A DNA stretch of 64,000 bases, from positions 26,644 to 90,643 of the forward strand of contig CAMDNE010000011.1 in NCBI GenBank assembly GCA_945902745.1, written 5' to 3'. Below are positions 9,592-20,092 of this stretch, one piece after another; within the stretch, counting starts at the first letter, position 1, and the number at the start of each line of letters is the position of its first letter. The translations under genes were made by a program, and so were the position numbers. This DNA is from Chitinophaga pinensis. GTDB lineage: Bacteria; Bacteroidota; Bacteroidia; Flavobacteriales_D; Crocinitomicaceae. The notes beneath the pieces are model-generated. The model made no database searches and was not told the DNA's origin. It saw nothing but the letters and a program-made list of their open reading frames with translations.

Positions 9592-9613
9592 GGGAGCTTT
9601 TGGCTCCCTTTTT
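9592..9613 (+). terminator. Terminator between efp and yaaA
   Basis: Stem GGGAGC/GCTCCC is followed by T5. Confidence 0.6.
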
Positions 9614-9625
9614 CATGCTTTAAAA

Positions 9626-10390
9626 TCAACGGGTAAATACCCATTCATCTTCAGTTGATTGATTGACATCAAACGAATATCCATCAACGTTGTATAATTT
9701 CAATTCTTCAGCAGATTCAATCTTATTCGTAACAATATAACGCGCCATTGCTCCTCGAGCATGTTTCGCGTACATCATAACAATTTTATAATCGCCATTT
9801 TTAAATTCTTTAAAAACAGGAGTGATTACAGCATTTTTTAAGTGTTTTTTATCTATTGCTTTAAAATATTCACTGGATGCTAGATTGATAATCACCTCCC
9901 CTTTTCCCATTTCATTATTCAAAAAAAGACTAAGTTTTTTACCCCAAAATTGATATAGATTTTTTTGGTTGGGCGTTATTGACCATTTGGTGCCCATTTC
10001 TAATCTATAAGGATACAATAAATCTAATGGTTTTAAAACCCCATATAACCCTGACAAAATTCGCACTTTATTTTGGGCAGACTCAAGTTGCTCTTCTGTT
10101 AAAGATTTTGCATCAAAACCTTTATAAACTTCGCCATTAAAAGCAAAAATAGCCGGTGAAACATCCGAATTCAATTCGATTGGTTCAGACCAGTTTTGAA
10201 AACGTGTGTGATTAATTTGAGCCAAATCTGTTGAAACATGCATCAATGCTTCAATTTTTTTTACAGAAAACTTTTTCAATTTCTTAACTAACTGACTACT
10301 TTCTAATAAAAAGTTAGCAACCGAATAGTCAAAAGATTTGTCTAATTCTTTAATATCGATTGTTTTGGCTGGTGAAATAAGGACTTTCAT
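9626..10390 (-). CDS. yaaA: Peroxide stress protein YaaA (UPF0246/DUF328)
   Basis: It has the MKVLISPAKT N-terminus and is 254 aa long. Confidence 0.85.
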   Translation of the reverse strand: MKVLISPAKTIDIKELDKSFDYSVANFLLESSQLVKKLKKFSVKKIEALMHVSTDLAQINHTRFQNWSEPIELNSDVSPAIFAFNGEVYKGFDAKSLTEEQLESAQNKVRILSGLYGVLKPLDLLYPYRLEMGTKWSITPNQKNLYQFWGKKLSLFLNNEMGKGEVIINLASSEYFKAIDKKHLKNAVITPVFKEFKNGDYKIVMMYAKHARGAMARYIVTNKIESAEELKLYNVDGYSFDVNQSTEDEWVFTR

Positions 10391-10570
10391 TTATATTTTG
10401 CTTTAGGTAAAAATAAGGTTTGAAATCTTAATTCACACCCAAAAACAATATTATTTGTTGTTAAGAGAAAATGATTATTGAATTATTGAATTATAAAATA
10501 ATTTAAATTCATACAATCACTATTTAACAAATTATTTTAAAAATTGGTTCTAATTTATTTTTTGTAAATT

Positions 10571-10578
10571 TATTTTTG
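10571..10578 (+). promoter_or_regulatory. Candidate Bacteroidota -7 promoter element
   Basis: TATTTTTG matches TAnnTTTG and lies 22 nt upstream of the ATG at 10601. No convincing -33 TTG at canonical spacing was seen. Confidence 0.3.
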
Positions 10579-10600
10579 CTTAAACATAATATATCAAACT

Positions 10601-13255
10601 ATGAAAAAAATAATACTCTCTACAATCGGCTTACTCTTATTAGGTTCTTCTCAATTATTGTATGGTCAAAATGAATCTGGAGTTATCCAATGTGATTCTT
10701 ATTCTTTGTCTAGACCACTAAGTGAACTTATCGCTGAAGAACAGGCTAGCAATAAAAGAACTGAAAAACGATTGCAAAAAACACGATTAAAAGATTTAGA
10801 ATCGAAAGATAAAAAACATAGAGAACCTCAAAAGTTTCTTTATTCGGAAGAAAAAGACGGAGCAGCTTATGGAACTGATCCTTCTTTATTACAAACTTCT
10901 AATGGAACGCGTCCTGGTCCGGCGGCAAGATTAAACATTAATGGCCTAAACAGTAATTCTGCACCACACGATCCTTCAGGTGCAGCTGGTTTGACGTATT
11001 ACATACAAGCTACAAATGCAACACCTTGTCGAATTATAAATAAATCAACTGGAGCAACTGTTTCTTCATTTACAATGGGAACATTATGGAATCCTGATTT
11101 ATCTCAAAATAGTGGAGATCCAATTGTAATGTATGACCGTTATGCTGACCGTTGGTTTTTGGCTCAATTTGGAACATCAGGTAATAAAATATATATTGCT
11201 GTTTCAACCACAAGTGATCCTCTAGGGACTTGGAGCTGTTATTCGTATACTTCTCCTTCATTTCCAGATTACCTTAAATTCTCAGTATGGCAAGATGGAT
11301 ATTATATGACATCCAACCAATCATCACAAAAGGTTTTTGCTTTTGAAAGAACTGCAATGTTAGCTGGAAGTGCAACGGCTCGTTCAGTTTACACTTCTTT
11401 TAATCCACCAGATGGAGGAGGTTTTTTCTGTCCGCTTCCTGCTGATGCTGACGGAAATGGTGGATTACCAGCAGCGGGGACTCCTTGCCCAATCATGTCA
11501 TTCTCAGACAATGCTTGGGGTGGTGGAGTAATTGATGGGATTCAAATTTATCAAATGGCAGTAAATTGGGTTCCAACAACCCCAACCGCAACAATATCAT
11601 TTGTTAGCGCTATTCCTACAATGGCATTTGATGGTTCTTATGATGGGAATTGGGATGATATAGCTCAACCTAATACAACTCAGAAACTAGATGGAATTGG
11701 TGGAGTATTGATGTATCGTGCTCAATATAGAAAAGGGGCAACTCATAACACAGTATGTCTCTCTTGGCCAGTTAAAGTAAGTACAACACAAAGAAGTATT
11801 ATGTGGGCAGAACTTAGACAAAATCTTGGAACTGGAGCTTGGTCTGTTTATCAACAACAAATTTATGCTCCTGACACCTATTACAGATGGATGGGCTCAA
11901 TCTCAATGGATGACGCTGGAAGTATTGGATTATGTTATGCTAAATCTGGTTCTTCAACAGTTTTTCCTTCCTTAGCTTATACGGGTCGTTTAGCTACTGA
12001 CCCAATAAATACAATGACCATTTCTGAAACAATTGCAACATCGGGAATTGTTTCCCAAAATACAAGTTATTATGGTGGAAATCGTTTTGGAGATTATGCA
12101 CATACAACTTTAGACCCAGATGGATATACATTTTGGCACACAGGCGAGTATATGGGCGGAGTAGAAACTACCAATCAACTTACGAATGATCCAAAAAGAA
12201 CAAGAGTTTATTCTTTTGCTATTGCGTTACCAAGCGATGCGAATGTTTCGGTAATTTCTTCTGATTTGGATAATACAATTTGCATTGGTGCTTCTGTAAC
12301 ATTTACAGCTATCCCTGCAAATGGTGGAACAACACCATCATACCAATGGTTTATAAATGGGAACCCAATTGGAACAAATAGTACAACTTTTACAACAAGT
12401 GGATTAACTACTGGTCAAATTGTAACATGCATTATGACTTCAAATATGCCTGGAGTTACTAATAGCCCTGCTACTTCTAATGCAATTACTACAGCTGTAA
12501 CAAATCCAGTTTCTCCATCAGTATCTATTTCAGGAAGTACTACAATTTGTGAAGGTTTAATAGCATCTTTTGCAACTTCTGCAAGTTATGCAGGCTCTTC
12601 TCCTACATATCAGTGGACATTAAATGGATCAAATGTTGGGACTAACTCAACTTCATATTCGTATTCTCCAACAACTGGAGATATTATTGGAGTGACTTTG
12701 ACATCTAGTAATACATGCGTAACGAGTTCAACTGCAGTGGCAAATCCACTTACAATGACTGTTAATCCAATACCTGTTGCAGCGACTATTTCTCAAAATG
12801 CTAATGTATTGACATCTAGTTCTTCAACAGGTAATCAATGGTATTTAAATGGTACCTTGATAGCTGGAGCAACAAGTCAAAATTACACTGCTACTCAAAA
12901 TGGCACATATACAGTTGTGGTAACTTCTGGTGGCTGTTCTTCAGCAGTATCTGTAGGAAGTGTTATGAATGGAATAGCAGCAATAGTAGAATTAGATCCT
13001 TATGTGTTCTCTATCTTCCCTAACCCTTCACAAGGTGACTTTAGTGTTTCTTTTAAAGCTAATTTAAGTGAAGTTTACAAATTAAAAGTATTCAATGAAG
13101 CAGGACAATTAGTATACGAGGATGTTATTGACAACCAAAACGGACAAATAATAAAAGCTGTTCAACTTGGGAAAGTTGCTTCAGGAATATATAACATAAC
13201 GCTTTCAAACGGACAAATTGAATCTTCTAAAAAGATTGTCGTTAAGAAAGATTAA
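10601..13255 (+). CDS. Large secreted protein: N-terminal Asp-box/propeller-like region, three Ig-like repeats, T9SS sorting domain
   Basis: It has a signal peptide and STTSDPLGTW is Asp-box-like. Repeats are C.G.SVTF.A....G..PSYQW..NG..VGTNS. The C-terminus is IFPNPSQGDFSV...IYNITL. Confidence 0.7.
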   Translation: MKKIILSTIGLLLLGSSQLLYGQNESGVIQCDSYSLSRPLSELIAEEQASNKRTEKRLQKTRLKDLESKDKKHREPQKFLYSEEKDGAAYGTDPSLLQTSNGTRPGPAARLNINGLNSNSAPHDPSGAAGLTYYIQATNATPCRIINKSTGATVSSFTMGTLWNPDLSQNSGDPIVMYDRYADRWFLAQFGTSGNKIYIAVSTTSDPLGTWSCYSYTSPSFPDYLKFSVWQDGYYMTSNQSSQKVFAFERTAMLAGSATARSVYTSFNPPDGGGFFCPLPADADGNGGLPAAGTPCPIMSFSDNAWGGGVIDGIQIYQMAVNWVPTTPTATISFVSAIPTMAFDGSYDGNWDDIAQPNTTQKLDGIGGVLMYRAQYRKGATHNTVCLSWPVKVSTTQRSIMWAELRQNLGTGAWSVYQQQIYAPDTYYRWMGSISMDDAGSIGLCYAKSGSSTVFPSLAYTGRLATDPINTMTISETIATSGIVSQNTSYYGGNRFGDYAHTTLDPDGYTFWHTGEYMGGVETTNQLTNDPKRTRVYSFAIALPSDANVSVISSDLDNTICIGASVTFTAIPANGGTTPSYQWFINGNPIGTNSTTFTTSGLTTGQIVTCIMTSNMPGVTNSPATSNAITTAVTNPVSPSVSISGSTTICEGLIASFATSASYAGSSPTYQWTLNGSNVGTNSTSYSYSPTTGDIIGVTLTSSNTCVTSSTAVANPLTMTVNPIPVAATISQNANVLTSSSSTGNQWYLNGTLIAGATSQNYTATQNGTYTVVVTSGGCSSAVSVGSVMNGIAAIVELDPYVFSIFPNPSQGDFSVSFKANLSEVYKLKVFNEAGQLVYEDVIDNQNGQIIKAVQLGKVASGIYNITLSNGQIESSKKIVVKKD

Positions 13256-13276
13256 GAATTGGATGTATTCATAAAC

Positions 13277-13312
13277 AAAAAAGGCTTCCGCACAAAACGG
13301 AAGCCTTTTTTT
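13277..13312. terminator. Bidirectional terminator between convergent genes
   Basis: Stem AAGGCTTCCG/CGGAAGCCTT is flanked by an A-run and a T-run. Confidence 0.75.
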
Positions 13313-13332
13313 ACGTCTACTGTTTTTATAAT

Positions 13333-14706
13333 TTACAATAAGATTATAGAGAAAATTGAGATTAAAACTATTCCAATAATATTTAAAACGAATCCATATT
13401 TCACCATTTGATTGACATGTAAATATCCAGATGAAAAAACGATTGCATTAGGAGGAGTCCCAACTGGTAACATGAATGCTAAACTTGCCCCTAATGTTAA
13501 TGGAATACACAATTGTGTTATTGGAATCCCCATATCCAAGGCAAACTTTGCAACGATTGGAACAAAAATGCTCACCATTGCAAGATTTGACAATACTTCA
13601 GATGCAAAAACAGCCACTATAACCAAAACGATTAATAAACCATAAAATGGCAAACTATTCATGTTTGTCAACAACAATGACAATTCATTTATTACACCAT
13701 TTTTTTCCATTATTGCAGCTAATGCTAATCCTCCACCGAACAGAATTAAAATCCCCCAAGGCAGCTTCTCTGTATCTTTCCAATTCAAAAATGGCTTCTT
13801 TTCCGAACTAGGCAAAACAAACAACACTATCCCTCCTAATAAGGCAACACTTTCATCCCTGTAATTGAAACCAAATAAAGGTGTAAGTAATTCTTTGAAA
13901 GACCACAGAATGACAACCGCTAAAAAAACAGAAACAACAACCAATTGGTCTTTCGTCCATGGAGTTTTATGGATGACAAAATCATGGTGTTTTTCTTTTC
14001 GTTCACTTCCCATTGAAAAGTAAAAGAAACCAAAAGTTGCTATTAACATCAAGATGCTTATTGGCATTCCAATACTCATCCAAGTAAAAAAATCTACTTT
14101 AATATGGTAATTTTGTTCTAAAATACTTGCCATTTGCGTATTTGGAGGCGAACCGATTAGTGTTGCGATACCTCCAATACTTGAGGCATAAGCAACTGAA
14201 AGCATTAAGAAAACAGGGAATTTCGACTTTTTATCTGTTTTTGGTAGTGCCTCAATAATTGCGAGTGCCATTGGCAACATCATTAAAGCAGTTGCCGTGT
14301 TAGAGATCCACATACTCAAGAATCCAGTGCTTAATAAGAAGCCTAATAAAATTCTAGGTTTTGAATTACCTACCACTCCAATAATTCCTCTGGCAACTTG
14401 CTCGTGTACTTTCCATTTTTCTAAACCAAGGGCCAAAATAAATCCACCAAAAAACAGATAAACATTTCCATCCCCGTAAGAATTTGCTAAATCCGTTTTA
14501 TCCAACAAACCTAATGGAATAGCTAGAATCATTGGTAACAATGCCGTTATATAAATTGGTATAACTTCGAATACCCAAAAATAAATCATCAAACCTCCTA
14601 ATGCAACTGCATTCCAAAAAACATCTTTTGCCCCAGTGACAAAAAGGATTAGTGCAAATGAAAAAAGGCCAAAGCCAATAAATAATTTCTTTAAGTTTTG
14701 TGACAT
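13333..14706 (-). CDS. SLC13/DASS-family anion:sodium symporter
   Basis: It is a polytopic membrane protein with SNTATALMMLP and GTPPNAIVF motifs. Confidence 0.8.
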   Translation of the reverse strand: MSQNLKKLFIGFGLFSFALILFVTGAKDVFWNAVALGGLMIYFWVFEVIPIYITALLPMILAIPLGLLDKTDLANSYGDGNVYLFFGGFILALGLEKWKVHEQVARGIIGVVGNSKPRILLGFLLSTGFLSMWISNTATALMMLPMALAIIEALPKTDKKSKFPVFLMLSVAYASSIGGIATLIGSPPNTQMASILEQNYHIKVDFFTWMSIGMPISILMLIATFGFFYFSMGSERKEKHHDFVIHKTPWTKDQLVVVSVFLAVVILWSFKELLTPLFGFNYRDESVALLGGIVLFVLPSSEKKPFLNWKDTEKLPWGILILFGGGLALAAIMEKNGVINELSLLLTNMNSLPFYGLLIVLVIVAVFASEVLSNLAMVSIFVPIVAKFALDMGIPITQLCIPLTLGASLAFMLPVGTPPNAIVFSSGYLHVNQMVKYGFVLNIIGIVLISIFSIILL

Positions 14707-14713
14707 AGTGAAA

Positions 14714-14739
14714 TAAAAAAAGCGGACAATTTGCCCGCT
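14714..14739 (-). terminator. Terminator downstream of the 85-aa gene
   Basis: On the minus strand, the stem AGCGGGCA/TGTCCGCT (one mismatch) is followed by a T-run. Confidence 0.5.
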
Positions 14740-14773
14740 TAAAAATAATTTATTTTTTAAGAACTTCTTGAAA

Positions 14774-15031
14774 TTAATTCAATGCATTCAATTTATTGAT
14801 AAAATCGATTGCTGTATTTTCAATATCCAACGTAATTGGACGGAAATCAGCTTTTGTTTTTGCTGCATTAATTTTAGTCAGCATTTGATCTTGATAATTC
14901 GCTGCAGCATCAATAAGCACTTCAGCATCTTTTGATTTTGATTCGTCAAACATTTGAATATTAAAACATTCTTCAACGATGTCATAAACCATATTATTAA
15001 GGTTTTTCTTAAGATCTTTTCTATTAGCCAT
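14774..15031 (-). CDS. Hypothetical small protein
   Basis: The ORF is trimmed to the internal Met (MANRKDLKK...). I recognise no domain. Confidence 0.4.
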   Translation of the reverse strand: MANRKDLKKNLNNMVYDIVEECFNIQMFDESKSKDAEVLIDAAANYQDQMLTKINAAKTKADFRPITLDIENTAIDFINKLNALN

Positions 15032-15108
15032 GGTACAAAATATTATTTGGAATTTGGAATTTATAATTTGGGATTTGAAATTCTCAAATCCCAATTTTTA
15101 AGCTTTAT

Positions 15109-17259
15109 TTATTGCGCAGCTTCTTCTTTTCTTTCTGGTCTTGGAAGTAAGATACGACGAGATAATTTCCATTTTTTCGTTTTTGGATCTTTTCCAACAA
15201 CTTTGAATTTCAATAAATCACCTTCTTTACAAACATCTTCCATTTTGTCCACTTTCTCCCAAGAATATTCAGAGATGTGAATCAATCCATCAGTTCCAGG
15301 TAAAATTTCAACGAAGCAACCGAAATCTTTAACAGATTTCACTTTTCCTTCATACTCTACTCCTTCTTCAACCATTGGTGGGAAAGCAATTTGACGAATT
15401 CTAAGAACCGCAGCAGCCATATCAGCAGCATTGTTTGACATTACTTGCACACGTCCTTCTCCACCTTCCAATTCTTCAATTGTAATAGTAGTATTCGTTT
15501 CTTTTTGCATTGCCTGAATGATTTTTCCTCCAGGTCCGATAATTGCACCGATCATTTCATTAGGAACATTGAATGCTTCAATTCTTGGAGTTTGAGGCTT
15601 CAATTGAGCATTTGGCTTCGCAATTGTTTCAACAATTTTATCTAAAATATGTAAACGTCCACCTTTTGCTTGCTCTAATGCCTGAATTAAAACTTCATAA
15701 GGTAAACCGTCAACTTTGATATCCATTTGACAAGCGGTAATTCCTTTAGCTGTTCCTGTTACTTTAAAGTCCATGTCACCTAAATGATCTTCGTCACCTA
15801 AAATATCAGACAATACAGCAAATTTACCATCATCTGTAATCAATCCCATAGCAATACCAGAAACTGGCGCTTTGATTTGAATACCACCATCCATTAATGC
15901 TAAAGTACCAGCACAAACAGTTGCCATTGATGACGAACCATTTGATTCTAACACATCAGAAACTAAACGAATTGTATATGCATTATCATCTGGTAAGACA
16001 GCTTTCAACGCTCTCAATGCCAAATTACCGTGTCCAATTTCTCTTCTTGAAGTTCCACGAAGTGGTTTTGCTTCACCCGTTGAGAATGGTGGGAAGTTAT
16101 AATGTAATAAGAATTTTTCTGTTCCACGGAAAGTAGCACCATCAATTAATTGCTCATCCATTTTACCACCTAATGTTAAAGTAGTTAATGATTGCGTTTC
16201 ACCTCTTGTAAACACAGCAGAACCGTGAACCATTGGTAAATAATCAACTTCAGCCCAAATTGGACGAATTTCGTCAAACTTACGGCCATCTAAACGTTTT
16301 CCTTCGTGCAACATTACCCAACGAACAGCTTTTTTCTTTACTTCAGAAAAGTAAACAGAAATAAAACCATTGATTGCAGCTAATTCTTCAGCTGGAATTG
16401 ATGCTTTATATTCAGCCTTAATAGCGTCAAATAATTCTGTACGTTTCGCTTTATTTGCTAAGCCCATACGTGCAACGTCCTTACATTTCTCCATTGCAAA
16501 TCCGTACACATTCGTTCTCACTTCTTCGTTATGAACTTCGTGAGAATAAACTCTTTTTGGATTAGCTGTAGCGATTTCAGCTCCTAAACTCAATTGAAAT
16601 TGACATTGTTCTTTAATAGCAGCGTGTGCGATTTTGATAGCTTCAACCATTTCTAATTCAGAAACTTCTTTGAACTCACCTTCAATCATGTTCACATCTT
16701 TCATTGTCCCTGCTACCATCATATCGATATCAGCTTCCTTCATTTGCGCCATTGTTGGGTTTACAACCCATTCTCCATTGATACGACCAACTCTAACTTC
16801 AGACATTGGACCGTTGAATGGAATATCAGAAACAGCTATTGCAGCTGATGCAGCAAATCCACATAAAACATCTGGATTATTTACACCATCATACGATAAC
16901 AACTGAATCATTAATTGAACTTCAGCATGATAATCATCTGGAAATAAAGGACGTAATGCTCTGTCCACCAAACGCATGATTAATATTTCACCTTCCGATG
17001 GACGAGCTTCTCTACGGAAGAATCCACCAGGAAAACGACCTGCTGCAGAGTATTTTTCTCTGTAATCAACAGTTAACGGAAGGAAATCAACTCCTTCTTT
17101 TGCTTCTTGAGCAGCTACAACTGTTGCCAACAACATTGTGTCACCCATTCTTACTACAACAGACCCATCTGCCTGTTTTGCCAATTTTCCGGTTTCAACG
17201 AAAATTTCTTTTCCTCCGGTCATCATTGACTTTCTTGTTCCTATATTCATACTTTTCAA
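15109..17259 (-). CDS. pnp: Polyribonucleotide nucleotidyltransferase (PNPase)
   Basis: It has [13 protein letters not shown], two RNase PH domains, and KH and S1 domains ([15 protein letters not shown]). Confidence 0.95.
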   Translation of the reverse strand: MKSMNIGTRKSMMTGGKEIFVETGKLAKQADGSVVVRMGDTMLLATVVAAQEAKEGVDFLPLTVDYREKYSAAGRFPGGFFRREARPSEGEILIMRLVDRALRPLFPDDYHAEVQLMIQLLSYDGVNNPDVLCGFAASAAIAVSDIPFNGPMSEVRVGRINGEWVVNPTMAQMKEADIDMMVAGTMKDVNMIEGEFKEVSELEMVEAIKIAHAAIKEQCQFQLSLGAEIATANPKRVYSHEVHNEEVRTNVYGFAMEKCKDVARMGLANKAKRTELFDAIKAEYKASIPAEELAAINGFISVYFSEVKKKAVRWVMLHEGKRLDGRKFDEIRPIWAEVDYLPMVHGSAVFTRGETQSLTTLTLGGKMDEQLIDGATFRGTEKFLLHYNFPPFSTGEAKPLRGTSRREIGHGNLALRALKAVLPDDNAYTIRLVSDVLESNGSSSMATVCAGTLALMDGGIQIKAPVSGIAMGLITDDGKFAVLSDILGDEDHLGDMDFKVTGTAKGITACQMDIKVDGLPYEVLIQALEQAKGGRLHILDKIVETIAKPNAQLKPQTPRIEAFNVPNEMIGAIIGPGGKIIQAMQKETNTTITIEELEGGEGRVQVMSNNAADMAAAVLRIRQIAFPPMVEEGVEYEGKVKSVKDFGCFVEILPGTDGLIHISEYSWEKVDKMEDVCKEGDLLKFKVVGKDPKTKKWKLSRRILLPRPERKEEAAQ

Positions 17260-17293
17260 TTACAAATTAATTTATTCGGAATACCGAATTTTT

Positions 17294-17337
17294 AAAAAAA
17301 AAGGGACAGTCGAATGAAATTCGAATGCCCCCCCCCC
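17294..17337 (-). terminator. rpsO terminator / pnp leader hairpin preceded by a G10 tract
   Basis: The minus strand reads G10-CATTCGAATTTCATTCGACTGTCCC-T9. A second palindrome ATTCGG-N4-CCGAAT lies at 17274-17289. Confidence 0.55.
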
Positions 17338-17361
17338 AATATATTTTATGCCCAAAAAGAA

Positions 17362-17631
17362 TTAACGACGTAAGCCCAATTCTTTAACTAAAGCACGATA
17401 CTTTTCAATATCTTTTCTTTTTAAATAGTCAAGTAAAGATCTTCTTTTACCTACTAATAATTGCAATGAACGTTGAGTACCGTAATCTTTACGATTTTTC
17501 TTCAAATGCCCTGTTAAGTGAGCAATACGGAATGTGAACAATGCAACTTGACCTTCTGTTGAACCTGTGTTTGTCTCAGCTCCACCATGTTTAGCGAAGA
17601 TCTCTTTTTTTACTTCTGGATTTAAATACAT
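17362..17631 (-). CDS. rpsO: 30S ribosomal protein S15
   Basis: The 89-aa protein contains GSTEGQVALFT.RI..LT.HLK....D and is the typical S15 length. Confidence 0.95.
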   Translation of the reverse strand: MYLNPEVKKEIFAKHGGAETNTGSTEGQVALFTFRIAHLTGHLKKNRKDYGTQRSLQLLVGKRRSLLDYLKRKDIEKYRALVKELGLRR

Positions 17632-17732
17632 GCCAATATTATATTAAATGATTTTTATGTAAGTCGACTATCGACGGCGCAAAGATAATCAAATTTTTAA
17701 TTCAACAACAAAAATCACAGTATGTTACTCAA

Positions 17733-18191
17733 TTATTGATCTTCTTTGTAAATCATATAATACAAATCAAAATCTTTTGCCCAATAATCTTTTACAATTT
17801 CTGTCACTTCAAATCCATGTTTTTCATAAAATTTGAATACCAATTGAGAGGTACGAACAATTATTTGATCAATTTCTTGCTTGTTTTTCAGTACTTCTAT
17901 TCTGTGGTTTAATAAAGCCGAACCAATAGACATTCGTTGATAATCAGGATGAATCATCCCCCAACTTATAATGCCATTCTTCAGTTGCTGATTAAAATTA
18001 ATACCACCAGCACCTACAATTTTATCATTCAGCAAAGTGATATAATACAATTCTATTTCATGATCCAAAAAATGGATAAAACCAACCTCTTCTTCTGGTG
18101 AAAAATATTCAGGGGTATTCAATCTTAAAATTGCTAAAACAGCGGATTTATCATTTGAATTATACTCTCGGATAACTAAATTGTTTTTCAT
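17733..18191 (-). CDS. GNAT-family N-acetyltransferase
   Basis: HPDYQRMSIGSALL is an acetyl-CoA-binding motif (Q/RxxGxG/A). Confidence 0.75.
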   Translation of the reverse strand: MKNNLVIREYNSNDKSAVLAILRLNTPEYFSPEEEVGFIHFLDHEIELYYITLLNDKIVGAGGINFNQQLKNGIISWGMIHPDYQRMSIGSALLNHRIEVLKNKQEIDQIIVRTSQLVFKFYEKHGFEVTEIVKDYWAKDFDLYYMIYKEDQ

Positions 18192-18205
18192 ACGCTAATT
18201 TAATA

Positions 18206-18637
18206 TCAACCGTGTTTCTTCCAATAATTTTTTCCATAACTGCAGAAAATCTCTTCACCTGAAACTATTTTACGAATAGCGATAACGCATACATTGTTAT
18301 CTTCATCCAATCCAATTTTAGCATTATTTTTAAATTCTGATTCGAATGACCCATTCACATCATTTGCATATTTAGCGAAACAAGGCGTATTGATTGAATC
18401 CATGATTGTACCATCTAGCATGTTGATGAAATATTGGTCCTTCCCATTTAAAACGCTCTTTTTTGCTTGTAAATCAGTTAAAATTTTTCCTCGGAAAATT
18501 GAAATAGTTTCGTCCTTATAAATGTTAATCGCTGTGAATAGACCATTTCCCGAATTTGGCAGTTGAGATAATGCTTTATAAAGATAATCAGACTCAGCCG
18601 ATTCAATTACGTTATTTTGATTGGATGAAATCATCAA
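18206..18637 (-). CDS. SET-domain protein (putative protein-lysine methyltransferase)
   Basis: It contains GNGLFT...IYKDETI..FRGKI, then YANDVN, then the C-terminal GEEIFCSYGKNYW. Confidence 0.65.
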   Translation of the reverse strand: MMISSNQNNVIESAESDYLYKALSQLPNSGNGLFTAINIYKDETISIFRGKILTDLQAKKSVLNGKDQYFINMLDGTIMDSINTPCFAKYANDVNGSFESEFKNNAKIGLDEDNNVCVIAIRKIVSGEEIFCSYGKNYWKKHG

Positions 18638-18683
18638 TTAGAATTCTTTTTGTTTATGAATTTATAATGTTTGATAAATGTAC

Positions 18684-19487
18684 TTATTCGTTCTCCTTTT
18701 CACCTATAATTGTTAATTTATCTCCCAATCGAATTGATTTCCCGACTTCCGTTGCTGGAATTAAACAATCGACACTTAAGTGATAAGAATGCCCATAACT
18801 CATTAGATTCGAGCTTTCTACTAGGTTGTTTTCTCGTTTTTTTGAGAATTTTTTAGAAAATGCTCTTGTTATCGAGGCTGTTTCTGGATTTCTGGAAGGC
18901 ACAACGCATCTTGGACGAGGGCTCATCCCAAAAACAGTTACATCTCCAATTTTAAGTTCAAGCACTCTCCCCTTTTCTAAAAACAGCTTATCCTCCCAAA
19001 AAGGAGTGACATTCACAAATTCTAACGTTGCCCTAAACCGCTTTCTTGATTCATCAAGACTTATTGAAAACCAATCAGCTACTGTTTGTAAACTTGCTTC
19101 TGACAATACCGTAACGCCACTTATATCTGGAACATCTAGAAATCGACCAGTTTTATTTTGTTGGATCTGAACTTTCATCCTAAAATGAGCAGATAGAAAT
19201 ACTTCAATCTCTGACTTTTCATTCACCAAATGAAACTCATTCCATGGCATATCATTATTCAAACGAAATGAAACGGTTTCTTTATCAAAATCGAAGGCTG
19301 TTCTAAGAGAATGAACCAAGGGATTTGATTTTCCATTAATAAGTTCTCCTTTTTCATCAAACATTGCATATTCTCTATCATGCAACAAACAACCTCCTTC
19401 AGAAATGACAGCTTTTTCTAGAGATATGCCATCCAACGATTTGATTGGATAAATTGTAATTCTATTAAGATTAGGAATAGTATTCAT
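18684..19487 (-). CDS. MOSC domain protein (MOSC_N beta-barrel + MOSC)
   Basis: It contains ITIYPIKSLDGIS and the conserved Cys context PRPRCVVPSRNPETA. Confidence 0.8.
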   Translation of the reverse strand: MNTIPNLNRITIYPIKSLDGISLEKAVISEGGCLLHDREYAMFDEKGELINGKSNPLVHSLRTAFDFDKETVSFRLNNDMPWNEFHLVNEKSEIEVFLSAHFRMKVQIQQNKTGRFLDVPDISGVTVLSEASLQTVADWFSISLDESRKRFRATLEFVNVTPFWEDKLFLEKGRVLELKIGDVTVFGMSPRPRCVVPSRNPETASITRAFSKKFSKKRENNLVESSNLMSYGHSYHLSVDCLIPATEVGKSIRLGDKLTIIGEKENE

Positions 19488-19608
19488 TATTTAAATTTCA
19501 TTTTTACAGCCAAAAAGTTTCATCAAAGAAAAGTTTATTATTCGATAACATTAACCATCAAAGACTTGTATTGTTTTTCACAATTTAATCCATCATACTC
19601 AATAACAT

Positions 19609-19890
19609 TCACTGAACCAGAAACATTTCCCCATTCGACAAAACTTCTGGAATAGATTTGCAAATCCCAGTCATCAATTCGCCACTGTCATTTACTTGCT
19701 GATAGCGCATTTCAATTTGACCTTTTTCGTCCACAAGCCCAATCAATTGACCATGGGTAATTTTACCACCAGCATATTCTGAGGTTAAAATATTCCCAAC
19801 TTGTTTATAGTGAAAAACGGTTTCTGTTGATGTTTCTCCGTTTTCTGTATTACTAATTGGTCGAAAAACTTTGTTGTTATAATTTATCAT
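19609..19890 (-). CDS. Hypothetical 93-aa protein (possibly truncated at the 3' end)
   Basis: This is an ORF only; see the finding on an alternative frame continuing past the stop. Confidence 0.4.
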   Translation of the reverse strand: MINYNNKVFRPISNTENGETSTETVFHYKQVGNILTSEYAGGKITHGQLIGLVDEKGQIEMRYQQVNDSGELMTGICKSIPEVLSNGEMFLVQ

Positions 19891-20092
19891 GCTACAATTG
19901 AAGGTAAAATGTGCGTGTTTCGATATCAGAATATCAGTTTTTTTTTGCTTAACGTGCGCTATTTGGTCTTCCCTATTTCAGCTAATCTAATAAATAAAAT
20001 ATCTTTTACTTTTTTCAAGAGCTAAAAAAGCAATAAAAAAATCTCAGCACTGTGCAAATTTCACTTACTCCTGTGTGCCTTTTTCAGAAAAA

